Source of the DNA: Neoechinorhynchus agilis | Taxonomy: Eukaryota; Animalia; Acanthocephala | Assembly (NCBI GenBank): GCA_051530055.1 | Contig: CM121341.1 | Location: 7,418,784-7,482,783, forward strand | Direction: 5' to 3' | Length of the DNA stretch: 64,000 nt | Shown here: piece after piece, positions 25,085 through 38,600 of the stretch | Layout of the letters: each line of letters starts with the position of its first letter | How positions within the stretch are numbered: the first letter of the stretch is position 1 | Translations under genes and position numbers: made by a program | Notes under the pieces: generated by a model | Seen by the model: only the letters and a program-made list of their open reading frames with translations | What the model was told of the DNA's origin: nothing | Database searches by the model: none

Positions 25085-25399
25085 GACTAAAGTTAACGTG
25101 AACTTTCGTTGTTATTGTTCTTTAAAATGGCGAAATTGAACCTACAAACGTAAACGGCTAATTGAACAATACTCGATATTAGATTCTTTCTTCCTAAACG
25201 CGCCATAAATATCAAAACGGAGCATGTTTGTGAATGTGATTTCCATAAAATTGTTTTGGTCGCTTTTTATGCGAATTTTTATTCGTCCATAGGCGAAATT
25301 TACGCAGTTCATTTATTTGACTAAAGTTTCGCTGTTGTTATTCTTTGAAATGGCAGAATTGAACCCCCAAACAATAAATAATGTTATTTCCTAGTAAAC

Positions 25400-28075
25400 A
25401 TCTTTTCTGGCGTGAAATAATTGGCGCTCGTTTTTTGTGTTCATGGTCGGTTTTTATAATGTTTTCCTTTCCGCGAAAAATCTTGACAACTTTAAAATTT
25501 TAATACTATTCACCCGTCAAAATTATTGCCTCATTTTCAGGAAATTATTGTGTATTTTCGTTGTTGTTTTTTTTTGAATTTCGCATTTTGGTAAACATTT
25601 TTTGCTTGCGTAAAATAATCGGCGCTCGCTTTTTATGTTTATGGTCGTTTTTTAAATGTTTTCCTTTCCACGAATAATCTTGACAAATTTAAAATTTTAA
25701 TACTGTTCACCCGTCAAAATTATTGCCTCATTTTCAAGAAATTATTGTGTATTTTCGTTGTTGTTTTTCTCTTTTTGAATTTCGTATTTTAGTAAACATT
25801 TTTTCTGGCGTGAAATAATCGGCGCCGGCTTTTTGTGTTTATGGTCGTTTTTTAAATCTTTCCCTTTCCGCGAATAATCTTGACAATTTAAAATTTTAAT
25901 ACTATTCACCCGTCAAAATTATTGCCTCATTTTCAAGAAATTATTGTGTATTTTCTTTGTTGTTTTTCTTTTTTTGAATTTCGTATTTTAGTAAACATTT
26001 TTTCTGGCGTGAAATAATCGGCGCCGGCTTTTTGTGTTTATGGTCGTTTTTTAAATCTTTTCCTTTCCACGAATAATCTTGACAACGTTAAAATTTTATT
26101 ACCGATCACCCGTCAAAATTATTGTTTCATTTTCAAGAAATTATTATGTATTTTCGTTGTTGTTTTTCTCTTTTTGAATTTCGCATTTTGGTATAAAAAA
26201 ATTCTGGCGTGAAATAAGCTGCACTCGCTTTTTGGGTTTATGGTCGTTTTTTAAATGTTTTCCTTTCCACGAATAATCTTGACAACTTTAAAATTTTAGT
26301 ACTGTTCACCCGTCAAAATTATTGCCTCATTTTCAAGAAATTATTATGTATTTTCGTTGTTGTTTTTCTTTTTTTGAATTTCGCATTTTGGTAAACATTC
26401 TTTCTGGCGTGAAATAATTGGCGCTCGTTTTTTGTGTTCATGGTCGTTTTTAAATGTTTTCCCTTCCACGAATAATCTTGACAACTTTAAAATTTTAGTA
26501 CTGTTCACCCGTCAAAATTATTGCCTCATTTTCAGGAAATTATTGTGTATTTTCGTTGTTGTTTTTCTTTTTTTGAATTTCGCATTTTGGTAAACATTTT
26601 TTGCTTGCGTAAAATAATCGGCGCTCGCTTTTTGTGTTTATGGTCGTTTTTTAAATGTTTTCCTTTCCACGAATAATCTTGACAAATTTAAAATTTTAAT
26701 ACTGTTCACCCGTCAAAATTATTGCCTCATTTTCAAGAAATTATTGTGTATTTTCGTTGTTGTTTTTCTCTTTTTGAATTTCGTATTTTAGTAAACATTT
26801 TTTCTGGCGTGAAATAATCGGCGCCGGCTTTTTGTGTTTATGGTCGTTTTTTAAATCTTTTCCTTTCCGCGAATAATCTTGACAATTTAAAATTTTAATA
26901 CTATTCACCCGTCAAAATTATTGTTTCATTTTCAAGAAATTATTGTGTATTTTCGTTGTTGTTTTTCTTTTTTTGAATTTCGTATTTTGGTAAACATTTT
27001 TTCTGGCGTGAAATAATCGGCGCTCGCTTTTTGTGTTTATGGTCGTTTTTTAAATGTTTTCCTTTCCACGAATAATCTTGACAACTTTAAAATTTTAGTA
27101 CTGTTCACCCGTCAAAATTATTGCCTCATTTTCAAGAAATTATTATGTATTTTCGTTGTTGTTTTTCTCTTTTTGAATTTCGCATTTTGGTATAAAATAT
27201 TTCTGGCGTGAAATAATCTGCGCTCGCTTTTTGGGTTTATGGTCGTTTTTTAAATGTTTTCCTTTCCACGAATAATCTTGACAACTTTAAAATTTTAGTA
27301 CTGTTCACCCGTCAAAATTATTGCCTCATTTTCAGGAAATTATTGTGTATTTTCGTTGTTGTTTTTCTTTTTTTGAATTTCGCATTTTGGTAAACATTCT
27401 TTCTGGTGTGAAATAATCGGCGTTCGCTTTTTGGGTTTATGGTCGTTTTTAAATGTTTTCCCTTCCACGAATAATCTTGACAACTTTAAAATTTTAGTAC
27501 TGTTCACCCGTCAAAATTATTGCCTCATTTTCAGGAAATTATTGTGTATTTTCGTTGTTGTTTTTTTTTAATTTCGCATTTTGGTAAACATTTTTTGCTG
27601 CGTGAAATAAGCTGCACTCGCCTTTTGGGTTCATGGTCGCTTTTTATAATGTTTTCCTTTCCGCGAAAAGTCTTGACAAATTTAAAATTTTAATACTGTT
27701 CACCCGTCAAAATTATTGCCTCATTTTCAAGAAATTATTGTGTATTTTCGTTGTTGTTTTTCTCTTTTTGAATTTCGTATTTTAGTAAACATTTTTTCTG
27801 GCGTGAAATAATCGGCGCCGGCTTTTTGTGTTTATGGTCGTTTTTTAAATCTTTTCCTTTCCACGAATAATCTTGACAACGTTAAAATTTTATTACCGAT
27901 CACCCGTCAAACTTATTGCCTCATTTTCAAGAAATTATTATGTATTTTCGTTGTTGTTTTTCTCTTTTTGAATTTCGCATTTTGGTATAAAAAATTCTGG
28001 CGTGAAATAAGCTGCACTCGCTTTTTGGGTTTATGGTCGTTTTTTAAATGTTTTCGTTGCCACGAATAATCTTTT
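25400..28075. repeat. AT-rich satellite, ~199 bp unit, ~14 copies
   Basis: CTGGCGTGAAA-type anchor at 25407, 25805, 26004, 26204, 26404 ... 27997. Confidence 0.95.
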
Positions 28076-28989
28076 TAAAATTTTGATACATTCAACCAGT
28101 CAAAATTGTCGTTTTATTTCATGTTTATTGAATTTTTTTCGTATTTCGACATTATTTTGTGTCGGGAAGTGTTAGCCATTTTTTAAGCTAGTGGATTGTA
28201 GACTGATTCCTCAACCGCATGTTTTCTTTTCGTGTCGTTACTTTAAAGTTCCTGAAAAACACGCACAATTGTTTAGAAGTTTAATTCGAGTGTTTTAAAT
28301 AATGTGGGTCGGCTTTTTAACGTCGGCGAAAATTTTAAACTAAGACGCTTACAAAAATTATCTGCCTGGATAAAATTTAGCAGAGGAAAAATCAGTGAAT
28401 CGTAATAATGTAAAAGCAGAATGGTATCTACAGTTAAAAAATTCCTGTTTCGAGGAATATTTTTGCAAACGTATATAACTATTTTATCCAATGCCCAGTT
28501 AACACGGCTACATATGGAATTTTGTTCAACCAAAAATATTACTAAATTTGTGTCAGTACAATTACTTCTTAATTTATACTTTTGTTTTCAGGGTACCGAC
28601 TTAAGGAGCAAATAATTAGAAGCATTCTTATGAGTGGCTCAGCTGGTAGTCTTTTTATAGATATGTTTATTTTTCCATACACGGCCGAATGGACACACAG
28701 TCCATCGATTTCGGTCTGGGAAACGCAGGTCTGCGTTCAATATCCCAAGACCGTGCGGTAAAAGAGTTTGTAAGAATCCCTCCGGATTCTCAGATACCAG
28801 GCAACGTCAACGCATAAATCATATCTTCTTTATCGATTGATTGGTTTATTAGTTATAACTTTGGTACGATTTAAAGCGCTGATAAAGATCGATGCGTTAT
28901 TTTTGAAGATTAAGCGACAATCGCTTTATATTTCGAGGTCAAAAGAATTTTTTTAAATCCATAGAACGTTTATTTGTTAGTTCTGATAC

Positions 28990-31950
28990 AATCACCACCG
29001 TCCGCAAAATTCGAACTTCTCTCCTAGCAGCATTGCCTCGTTGTACTGCGAGCGAGATATTTTGTCGCAGAAATACACCTGCTCGTTCGTCGCCGGTCGT
29101 TTCTCTCAATTTCTTCGAGAGATTCTGGAACAGAGTGAGTGTTGAGCTGCCGATCGCTCCATACGTCTCTACTCCGAAGTGGACAAAATAGTGGACTCTT
29201 GCTAAATCCCTATATTTTCGTACCTTCTTCCCTTCCGCTGCACCTCCAGCAATTCCTAGAGTGGGGAATGTTGCTTTCTACGAGGGTGTCCACACCCGTG
29301 GCGTCCCAGAGAAGGCATTTGCCCTCCCGCCACGGAAAGACCGAAATTCCGTCAGGTCGACGACTGTCCAGTCGACAAATATGGGCGGCTTCCAATATGT
29401 TGGGGAAGTTCGCCGTTCTCAACGCCCGAGAAATTACGCTGTTGATCTCAGAATGGCGTGAGAACCTTCCTCCTGACTTTCGGCAAACGAGACCGTGTCG
29501 TCCGAAAGCATCAACCAAAGATCCACATCGACAGCGATGGGGCGTGCATATCGGGAGACCAAGTGTTAAGGACACTGCAATCCTCGTTATCTCATCAGTG
29601 ATAAGAGTTCCCACAGATGCCAGAGGAACAGCCCCCAATTCTCGTGTCGAAACTGCCAACAGTCTAGCTCGGACGACCCCATCGCGAGAACCTGAAAGTA
29701 GAGAGCTGTGAGCTCTCGCGACGAGAGGTCTGTCCCAGATCGACTGTCTGAGACCATTCACGGGAACATGGTTAGCGCCTGTCTGCTGGCACCATTCTGC
29801 AACTACCACCACAAAGTCTTGGTCAAGAGAAAACTTTTGCCTCACAATTTTCTTCGCTATAAATTGACTCCCCTCATACGATCCAATAAAGGCTGGGAAG
29901 GCAAGGTCTACTAGCACCCGAATTCCCAATCCCCCAGATGACACAGGCAATGAAGATTGTCGCCACGTTTCATCTGGGAGCTGGACATTTAAAATACGCT
30001 CGAGACAAGCCCCCACCTTGTCGTCGAGATTAGCCAATCCTTCCTTATGCTTGAAGAATGTTGCTCTGCGGACCTTATATAACAATTTGGGGATAAAGAG
30101 TGCGTTCTTTATCAGAAATAACGCTTCGTGAGCCGAGAGAACGCTCACCCTATCGCACAGCAACGAAAGTTTCGGTATCTCAGCTTCCACATTTGAATCA
30201 AAGACGCAACTACCCAGGAGCTGAGTTGCTCTGGAGTCACGAGTTTCAGACCTGGAGCTACGACCTCGAACCCATACATTAGCTCCTTGACTTTGGCGGT
30301 GTCCTCGATATTAAATACTAGGCGCTCACACTTTCCAGCATTAAGATCAACGCCCAATCTCGCAGTCTCCCTAACCAGCGTCTCCAAATCGTTCAGTACA
30401 ACGGAGGGATCACCTCCGAGCGTAGCGTCATCCAAGTACCAAGCGTTGAAGCTGGAATGGAGAGAATGCGTCATTGGATTTACAGTTAGGGAGAATGCGA
30501 TTGGACCGAGAGGATCTCCTTGCTGCACTCCTGTTTCGGACCAAATGAGGTAGTCTTCGAAAAGTAAAGGAATCGCGGTCCCGTAGGCATTGATAAAATA
30601 CTGGAAGGCTTCTGGTGCGTGATACCTAATTGCGCAGAACATGCTTTCCACTATTGAGAGAGTTAAAGACATTCTGAAAATCACACTTAAGAATCACGCA
30701 CGGCTCTGAACTCCTCGTAGTAAAGTTTCGGGGCGCGTGGACAATAGCTTCCGCCCCGCAGGATGTGCAGTTAGACTGGGGGAAGTTGCTGCCCGGTTTT
30801 CTCTGTGATACGTTCACAGAGAATTTTTCCTGCGAGTCGACGTATCGTCGAAGATACGGCGATTGGACGAATCCCACCTTTTTTATGAGGGCACATAATT
30901 ATGCTCCGAAAAATAGGTCTTTTGCAACGGGTATCAGGTCCTCTCCAGTCAGGCGGTCGACTATTCGAGAAAGCGACCTTTCTAGGGAGAGCGCACTTTC
31001 TAGAGAGAGCTGCTTCACCAGTTGCAAAGGACATCATGTCCTTTAGGTGCTGAGGCCTTAGCCCATCAAGCCCATGACCCGAACTATTTGCAAAATATGA
31101 GATGGCCTTTTTTAATTCTGAAATTAGAGTGGGTTTCCTGTTTTGTATGGGAGGAGGTGGAATTTCAAAACTGCCACTACTGCAAGGGTTTTTTGACCGG
31201 AGTATTTGTAGTGTCGCGTTGTCCCCCTGTGAAAAATTGTCGGCGGATGGCAATAACCGAACAGCCCCCCGAACATCTCCGTCCGCAAGCTTCGAAGAGA
31301 CACGTTCAGTCAGTGATCGCTTTGAAAAACGGCAACGAAACCCTTCGGGCGTCCCTTACAAACCTCGCGAAATTTCATTTCGAAATTGTTAAATATCTGT
31401 TCGAAGGAGACCACCCTTTCCTTGATTGTTGATCTCAAAAACACCCCAGAATCATCACTAATACAAAGGACTAAGCGCGGAAATGCAAAAAGCCGTGTCC
31501 ATGATGGCGTACAGTTCTTTTGGAGGCAATCGTTGACCAATCCCGCAAATGCTTTGGCGACCTAATATCGTGCGCCGTTTGGAATCCGTTTCAATACGTT
31601 CCTGGGCAGAAACCGCACGATATCAGGTGTCGAAATAGAATCAGTGGTGATCTGAGGGGTCTCAGGCACGAAAGGTTCGGTTAATTGTGATGGAGAACCA
31701 CACCCGCTACAGCGGAGATCCCGGGGACCATGGGCAAACAAAACCCCAAATTGGTTAATTTAAAAGATTTACCGCAAACCGAAAGAGACACGTGGGAGCC
31801 CGGCAGCGTTGGTCTTCTCAGGTTGAGCTTGATCGATAAGTGCCGCGTTCAAGGCGCCAGTAGCATCGATTGTAGGCGATATGAACGCAGTTCGCTGCTT
31901 GTTTTCAGTCGATATTTTCTTTGAGAACTGACCCTTCGAATTATCAGAAT
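28990..31950 (-). mobile_element. Near full-length, frameshifted CRE-clade retrotransposon
   Basis: GLDGLRPQHLKD, GGIRPIAVSSTIRRLAGK, GVQQGDPLGP, WYLDDATLGG, CRCG..HGLVC..RHSEIN, RRPDG..WDAT, ISLAVQRGNAA; 5' limit approximate. Confidence 0.9.
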
Positions 31951-32640
31951 TCTTGGCGGTTGCATTGATTGTTGGCTATTATGTGGTCATCCCAAAAGAA
32001 AAAGTATCTTCCTTTATTGGAAACGTACAAAATTTATTTTAAATGCGATTTTAAATTCAAAGATAACCTTTTAAATTTTAGACGATATTCAATATTGTGC
32101 TCGATATAAGAAAGGAACTTTTAAGCTGAGGCACATTTTTGTATTGTTGGAATGGACTGAGGCTAAACTGTTTCTTCGTTCGACAAGAAAGCTTTGCAAA
32201 TGAGGACTAAAATGGCACTAATCGAGAAATATAAAATTTTATGGAACCCAAACTTTTTCATTTTATATTTTGTGCGATTATGGCTTCGACCATACGATCC
32301 TTAATCATGAGATTACTTTAAAACCAATAAAGAATATTTAACTTCACTTCCATAAAATTCGAAATCCCACAAAACAACACTAACGAAAAGTTTGGTGGAT
32401 GAACGACCAAAATATCCTAGAATCTAAGTTGAATTTCTTTATTGGTTGTTTTATGGCGCGTAGAAAAGTGATTTTATTTTAAATCCGATTGGTTTCGGAG
32501 GCAACCTTGACATTTTTCCAAGCGTCATAAACCAACCAAAATATGAACAGTTCAATCTTCAACTGATTTCTTTATATCGCTGTTTAGGACATTAATTACC
32601 TTTTCCTAGAAAAAAGCGGGTACATTCCAACATTTTATTT

Positions 32641-35600
32641 TTAGTGTTCGCGGATAGTGTTTGTAGTGATGTTGTTGTTGTTGGTTAAATGAAGTGCGGG
32701 CAAAACAATCTTATTTGATTGGATTAATACGTGATTGATACGTGAAGTTATTTGTTTGTTTGGTCTCCTCGTCTTTCCTTCCTTTCGTTTCCTCCTTATT
32801 CCAAGTTTGTGCTTTATCGCCTATGAAGAAAACGAACAAAAAGACTGTAGCTGGGTTAACAGAGACTACCTGTGAAAGAAGAACCCGCTTTACATCATTC
32901 TTGATTGCCATAACAAAGTCATGCCATGTCCATGTTTTGTTTTTGTATTCTAAACTCGGGAAGATCAGCATCTTTTCGTGAAGATCCATTATCTTTTTGT
33001 GATGGCTGATACTCTTTGTCAATACACAAAACGTGATGTTTATGTTTCTTAATCAATGAAATCGTACCTTATAAGATGCACAAATCGGAACTTCGGATAT
33101 TCGAACAAGTACAAAAGCGCTCGTATGAGCAGCACGTTTACTCATTTCGTCAAACAAAAGATTGTCAAATGAAATGGAAGCGTCCGATGATGGATGCTGA
33201 GTGCGGTAAGTGCTTGTAGTTTTTCGACGCTGCGTTGGATCCTGGTGACGAACTGAAAAAAAGAACCGCATACACTCATTGAAAAAACGTTGAGTCAGTT
33301 TGATATTGATCGGACTCACACTGAGTTCAAAGTGCTCACGAATCGAAATACCACCAACTTATCGTGTAAAATATTGTTTTGGTCGAGTTTAAACATCTTT
33401 TACCACATACCTGGAAGAGATTCTTTGCAATAGAGGTAAATCATATCGTCAGGTTGGGGGCACAAAGGTGCCAACACGCATTGGTAATAGTCATCTTTAA
33501 GGAGGTTGAGCATTTGGAAATTTCCGATCTGCACAATGTGCTCATTTGAACAATTATCAAATGATGTTTTACGGTACCTACACAAATTAGATCAATCGGA
33601 AAAGGTTTATAACTTCTTTTAGTCGAAAAACCACACTAAACCGGGGAAAAAATAGATGTTCGCTTGTGTACAATAACCGATGGAGTGGTGGATCATTTTT
33701 CAAAGCTATTAGTCAAATTAACGATAATCGTTCGTGCTCATGTTAAGGATGATTGGGAAAGAAGCATAAGCGATCGACAGCTTCTATATGTCTAAAAGCT
33801 AAATCATATAAAGAAAATCATTTGGAATGATAAAGTGTTAGAATTGCCGTAGAGGTATTTTATTGTTAGAAAATATTTCGAAAGAGGAAGTCTCGCCTCC
33901 TAATCAACTGCGAGACTTCCTCTGTATCAATATTTCCTAACAATATCGCCTTTTCACACCACAATTATAATTTTGCACCTTCACGAGCTGCTGAAAACTC
34001 GGTAAATAAATGTTGCTTAAATCGTACTCACAGCGCGTTTGAAACATGAAGCCGGGCGCAAGGCTTACGTCCTTGTTCATCGGTCGTTAGCGTCCACTGT
34101 CCTGACCTAACAAATATTTCGTATCGACGATTCATTCCAACAACTCCAACGTTCGAAATGTTGTCATCAAATTGAACGTTAAACTTTTTATTTAGCTTAA
34201 GTTCCTTCATGACTGACAAATAGAGGCTTAAACGGTCACTGAAGTAGCATAGACTTTGCTTAGTGGCCGCATAACGGTCGTTGAGCTGTTTCGAAGCGCA
34301 TCTAAATACGAGAAATTCCCCCGCGGTTACCATGGCGAAATCATCAACTAAAATTGAAATGTACTTTATTGTACGTGTGGATTATGATTCGATCAACTGC
34401 TGGTATTGGAAAAATTATTGCGGAAACCGCAAACCGAATCGATAAGGATAAGAATTCTAAGAATGAAGATTCTATGTGGATAATCAAGGAGCTTTCGTCT
34501 CGGATATCAACAGAATTGGGGAAAAAGTACAACTGCCGCGATATTGTTCACTGTACAATTACTCCAAAAGGACAAAATGGAACAGTGGTCTACAATGGAA
34601 TCACAGGCGACTTGGAACAGGATTCCGATGAAGTCCATACGGCAACTTGCAGAATTGGTGATTTTGAGGTATTCGTATATGCTGTTCTTATAAGGAATTA
34701 AATTTTGATACCAACGTTCTTGATGTATGGAGTCCTCGTCCGGCGTCAGGACGAGTTAGATAGAAGAGTTCTTTTTCACATATCCTCAATTCAGATAACT
34801 TTGTCCTTTAGACGTCTAATAAACAATGAGAAACACTTAATAATAGACAAACCTCACTTTCTCCTTTAATCTCATGATTTTGTTTATGAATACCCGTTCG
34901 TTGTCTAGTACCTGTGCTTCCATCATAACCTTCAATTTCTCGACTACTGGTGTCTAGGAAAAATTATTGTGTAGGAAGTAGTGATTGAAAAATGAAGAGG
35001 AATTGAGTTTTAACGCTAATAAAAGTTCACTGAAACGTAAGTTCACCAATTATGAGCAATAATTTGCTTAAAGGACAAAAAGCAAGGAAAGTCAATAAAA
35101 ATGAGAAACGTCTGAAGACGAGACAATACACTGCCAAGGAGTCAACAAATTTTGTTACTTTTTATGATAGAAACTGATAGTTTAAATGCAATTTTAGTCT
35201 AAAACACTTACCCTTCTGGTTGGTCTCATATACAAAAGGAGGTCATTCACAATATCTACAACATTTTGGTAAATTTCCTACAAAATGTCGATTTAAATGT
35301 GCTTCGCTTTAGTGCTCACTAACTGAATTCGTCAATATCCTCAAATCGTGATGAACGACTGTCAGTGTGTCGACTTGCGGGTAACCATCGAAACTGTTCA
35401 CGCTATCATTGACGTGCGATTTCAATCTGCACGAGTCTACTGATTCCTTGGAACTTAGATCGTCCTAAGTTAAACAATTGGCAAAATTGCTTAGAGGGAA
35501 AAAAGTACATTTTGCTTGAGCTCAAGGGCTTGTAGTACGTTAACGGAGTCATCACTTTCGACGAGTGGATCGAAACTGACCAGACATGTATCACAGCAAC

Positions 35601-38600
35601 ATCGTTCAATTACAACGAGAAATTCCCTGGATTTTTTGTCGCCACTCCAAACTTTCAGAGTTTGTCCGACTAATACCAAATTTGAGGGAGCTGGATTTCG
35701 GCAAGTGTATCGCTTTGGAATCCATACAATGTCGTTTTTAATTATATGGCCGACTGTTCCAAAACATTGGAGCGATAGAAGACTCCCTTTCCACACTTGT
35801 TTGCTCAAAACTTCTTCACCTCGTCGAACTGGGACGTGTATTGGTAGAGCCTTTCTTTACTTGTAAGAAAAAGAAGAAAAATTATGTTTACAATGGACAG
35901 CATGCATTCCACTAATTTTAGTTGACCCCTTTTTTTGTGGCGGAGTTCTTAAAATATTATAAGAAAATACGGCTTTGTTGCGCTAATCTATGGCTCAAAA
36001 GTAATGGTGTCAAAATCCTCGATAACGTTTGTGGAAGCTAAGCAAGAAAACAAAATTATTAAAACTGTAAGGAACATAAAAAGGCTCAGGACCATGTAAA
36101 GTATTGACTAGCACGGCTTCACCGAATGTAAGGATCATATACCCGTTCTTATCGTTGTCATTAGATCTCATGGCCACTTGACCGTTAATAATCTCAATTT
36201 TTGCTCTGCATGTTAAGACATCACCAAACTGTACTTCAGAGGATTTTGAAGACGTTTCTGTGTAGGATCTACATCGATTTAGGAAACGATCAAGGTATTC
36301 CGAGATTGTTGGTTGTTTGGTTTTATTTGCTTTTTTCTTATGCGCTAAAAAACTCGGTGCCGAATGTCTTCGTTTGTACGGAGATTGAGATTTGAGACGT
36401 TCGGGAACGCTTAAGTCCAAATGAATGGGCTGGGGACTTGCTTGAATAACAGATACCAGCTCACAGTCTTCGTGATATAGAAGACTTTGGTCGTGTAGAA
36501 CACGAGATGCGAGGCATTGTCTTATTAGTTTACTTCTGAGATAAGTGTCGATTAGTTCGACGACGAGGTTTCGGTTGACATAATCCCATAAAGCTCGGGT
36601 GTCAAAAAGACGGACGTGATATGTTGGTGAGCCATTCTTTGATTCGGCCTCCACTCGCAATTTTCCAACAGTCATGAAAAATCGTTGATACCCTCCGTTG
36701 TTGCTGTCTTGTGAGTTTATGGGGAGAATTGATAGAAGATACAGTTGGGCGTCGGTCGTCTCAAACTGAATACAATCCATAAGCCAATGAACGCGTTTTC
36801 TTCTCAGTAGATTGTCTTTCCAAGATGACAGGCTTAGAGTATAAGTAAAATCGAGTTTCAAATTACGACATTGAGCGTTCAGACCACTTTGACATGCAAA
36901 TGAGTTCCAGTAGTTGAATGAGACCGATGAGAAGTTCATAATAACTCGAACGTTTCTATAATGCCGAGAAAATAAAACTCGGGATTGCCTTTGTCTTTTA
37001 AACAACGCTCCACTACGGATTGGTCTGGCTACACTCATAAGTATTCGAATTACCCGTGAACAAAACCTTAGAGTACTTGCGTAAACCGTAAACGTAGGGC
37101 TATTCAATGGATTTGTAGAATCTGTGAACGAGAGAGTCATATCTACACTTTTAGATCTGAAAAGTCGATAAGCATCATGCTTATTTGGATCGCCACCACA
37201 ACACTTGCAGCTCGACAACTTTTCTGGATTCCACAAAATAATGTTGTAATGATCGTTCGGGTCAAGTCCGTCAATCACCCAATTGAGTGAAAGAACAAAA
37301 TTCACGTTAGGTATGTTGACCATAGAGGAATCGTTGTATTTGGATCTCATTCTTGACTTCAATCGCATCGATCCATTCAGAACAAATTTGTTGTTTCGCC
37401 AGCTTCCCTTTATATTGTGCCATAACCATTCAATCTCTTCAGATACGTTGTAAGGGTTATGTGGATAATTTCCAATTATAGAAGAAACATCCTTAGAGAC
37501 ATTGCTTATTTTATTTGCCTTGATACACTTTGAAAAGCGTTCGAAAGTTTTCTCGGATGTTTTACACAGCCATGTCGCAATTCGGTGGTGTTAAAAGCGA
37601 CCAATGCTACAATAGTGAACACCTTGAACGGAAATCAAATTATGGAAATTTACGAATTAATTTTGACTTTATTAAATTTTTCAAGTCTGTTCCAAAGCCG
37701 AATCACACCAAATCTAATTTTTTTCGCCAAAAAGTTAGCTTTGAAAGTACTACTAATTTAATTTTTTTTAAGGAAATTGCCCATTTAAGCGATGCATGAA
37801 ATATCCATGAAAGATGTTTGGCTTGGAGATGCCATTGTCCGCGAAACCTGAATCGACTAACGTCCCACCATGACAACCGAGGACTTGGATCTCGTTTTAC
37901 TTGAAGAAGATTTCGGAGATAAATACCCAGTTGAGCAGTGCAGCTTTCCCAGCAAGGTCCAAACGCGTACGTAAGCGATTCAAGATCTGTATTGAAGTCA
38001 TGAAAAAACTTTTTAGGAAGGATGAGACGCTTGATTTTGGCGCCGAACCAAGGCTTATACATTTCCAGATTTACAAATCGTTCGCAGTACGGCAAATAAG
38101 CTGTTTGAGCAATATCGACACAAGCCAACTGACCTTCTAGATTTACGGACTTTACATCTAGTAAAGTTTGCCTAAAATCCCTGAACTGCATCTGTAGCAA
38201 ATCCGCTTTTGCTCGGATAAAACGTGACCAGTGAAAAAACAGAAAATGATCCGTATTGCCAAGAGCTTTTCTTAAACCATTATCGTCCACTCTATTAATA
38301 AATTCAATAATGTTGTTAAAGTCTGACCACATTGGCTGCGCATCAAGGTCGAGTATAAAATTATCGATCTTTATAGTAAAGAACTCGGTACGACGATGAG
38401 TACTGTACAGTTTTCGTGATCGTTCAATGTATATTTTTGAATTAAGTTCATTAAGCATCTCATGTGCATTCTGTTCTGCGCTAGGTGAAATCGCACGTTG
38501 AACACGAAGAGTCTGAATACGAGAATTGAGTTCACAATCCCGATCACAAGCTTCGGATTTCTCGTCCGTCATCAGCTTCACCATATAAATGATTAAATTG

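Noticed and set aside
28680-28760. HDV-like ribozyme or tRNA
   Set aside because: No adequate P2/P3 pseudoknot, no A box or cloverleaf; kept only as an unexplained fold.
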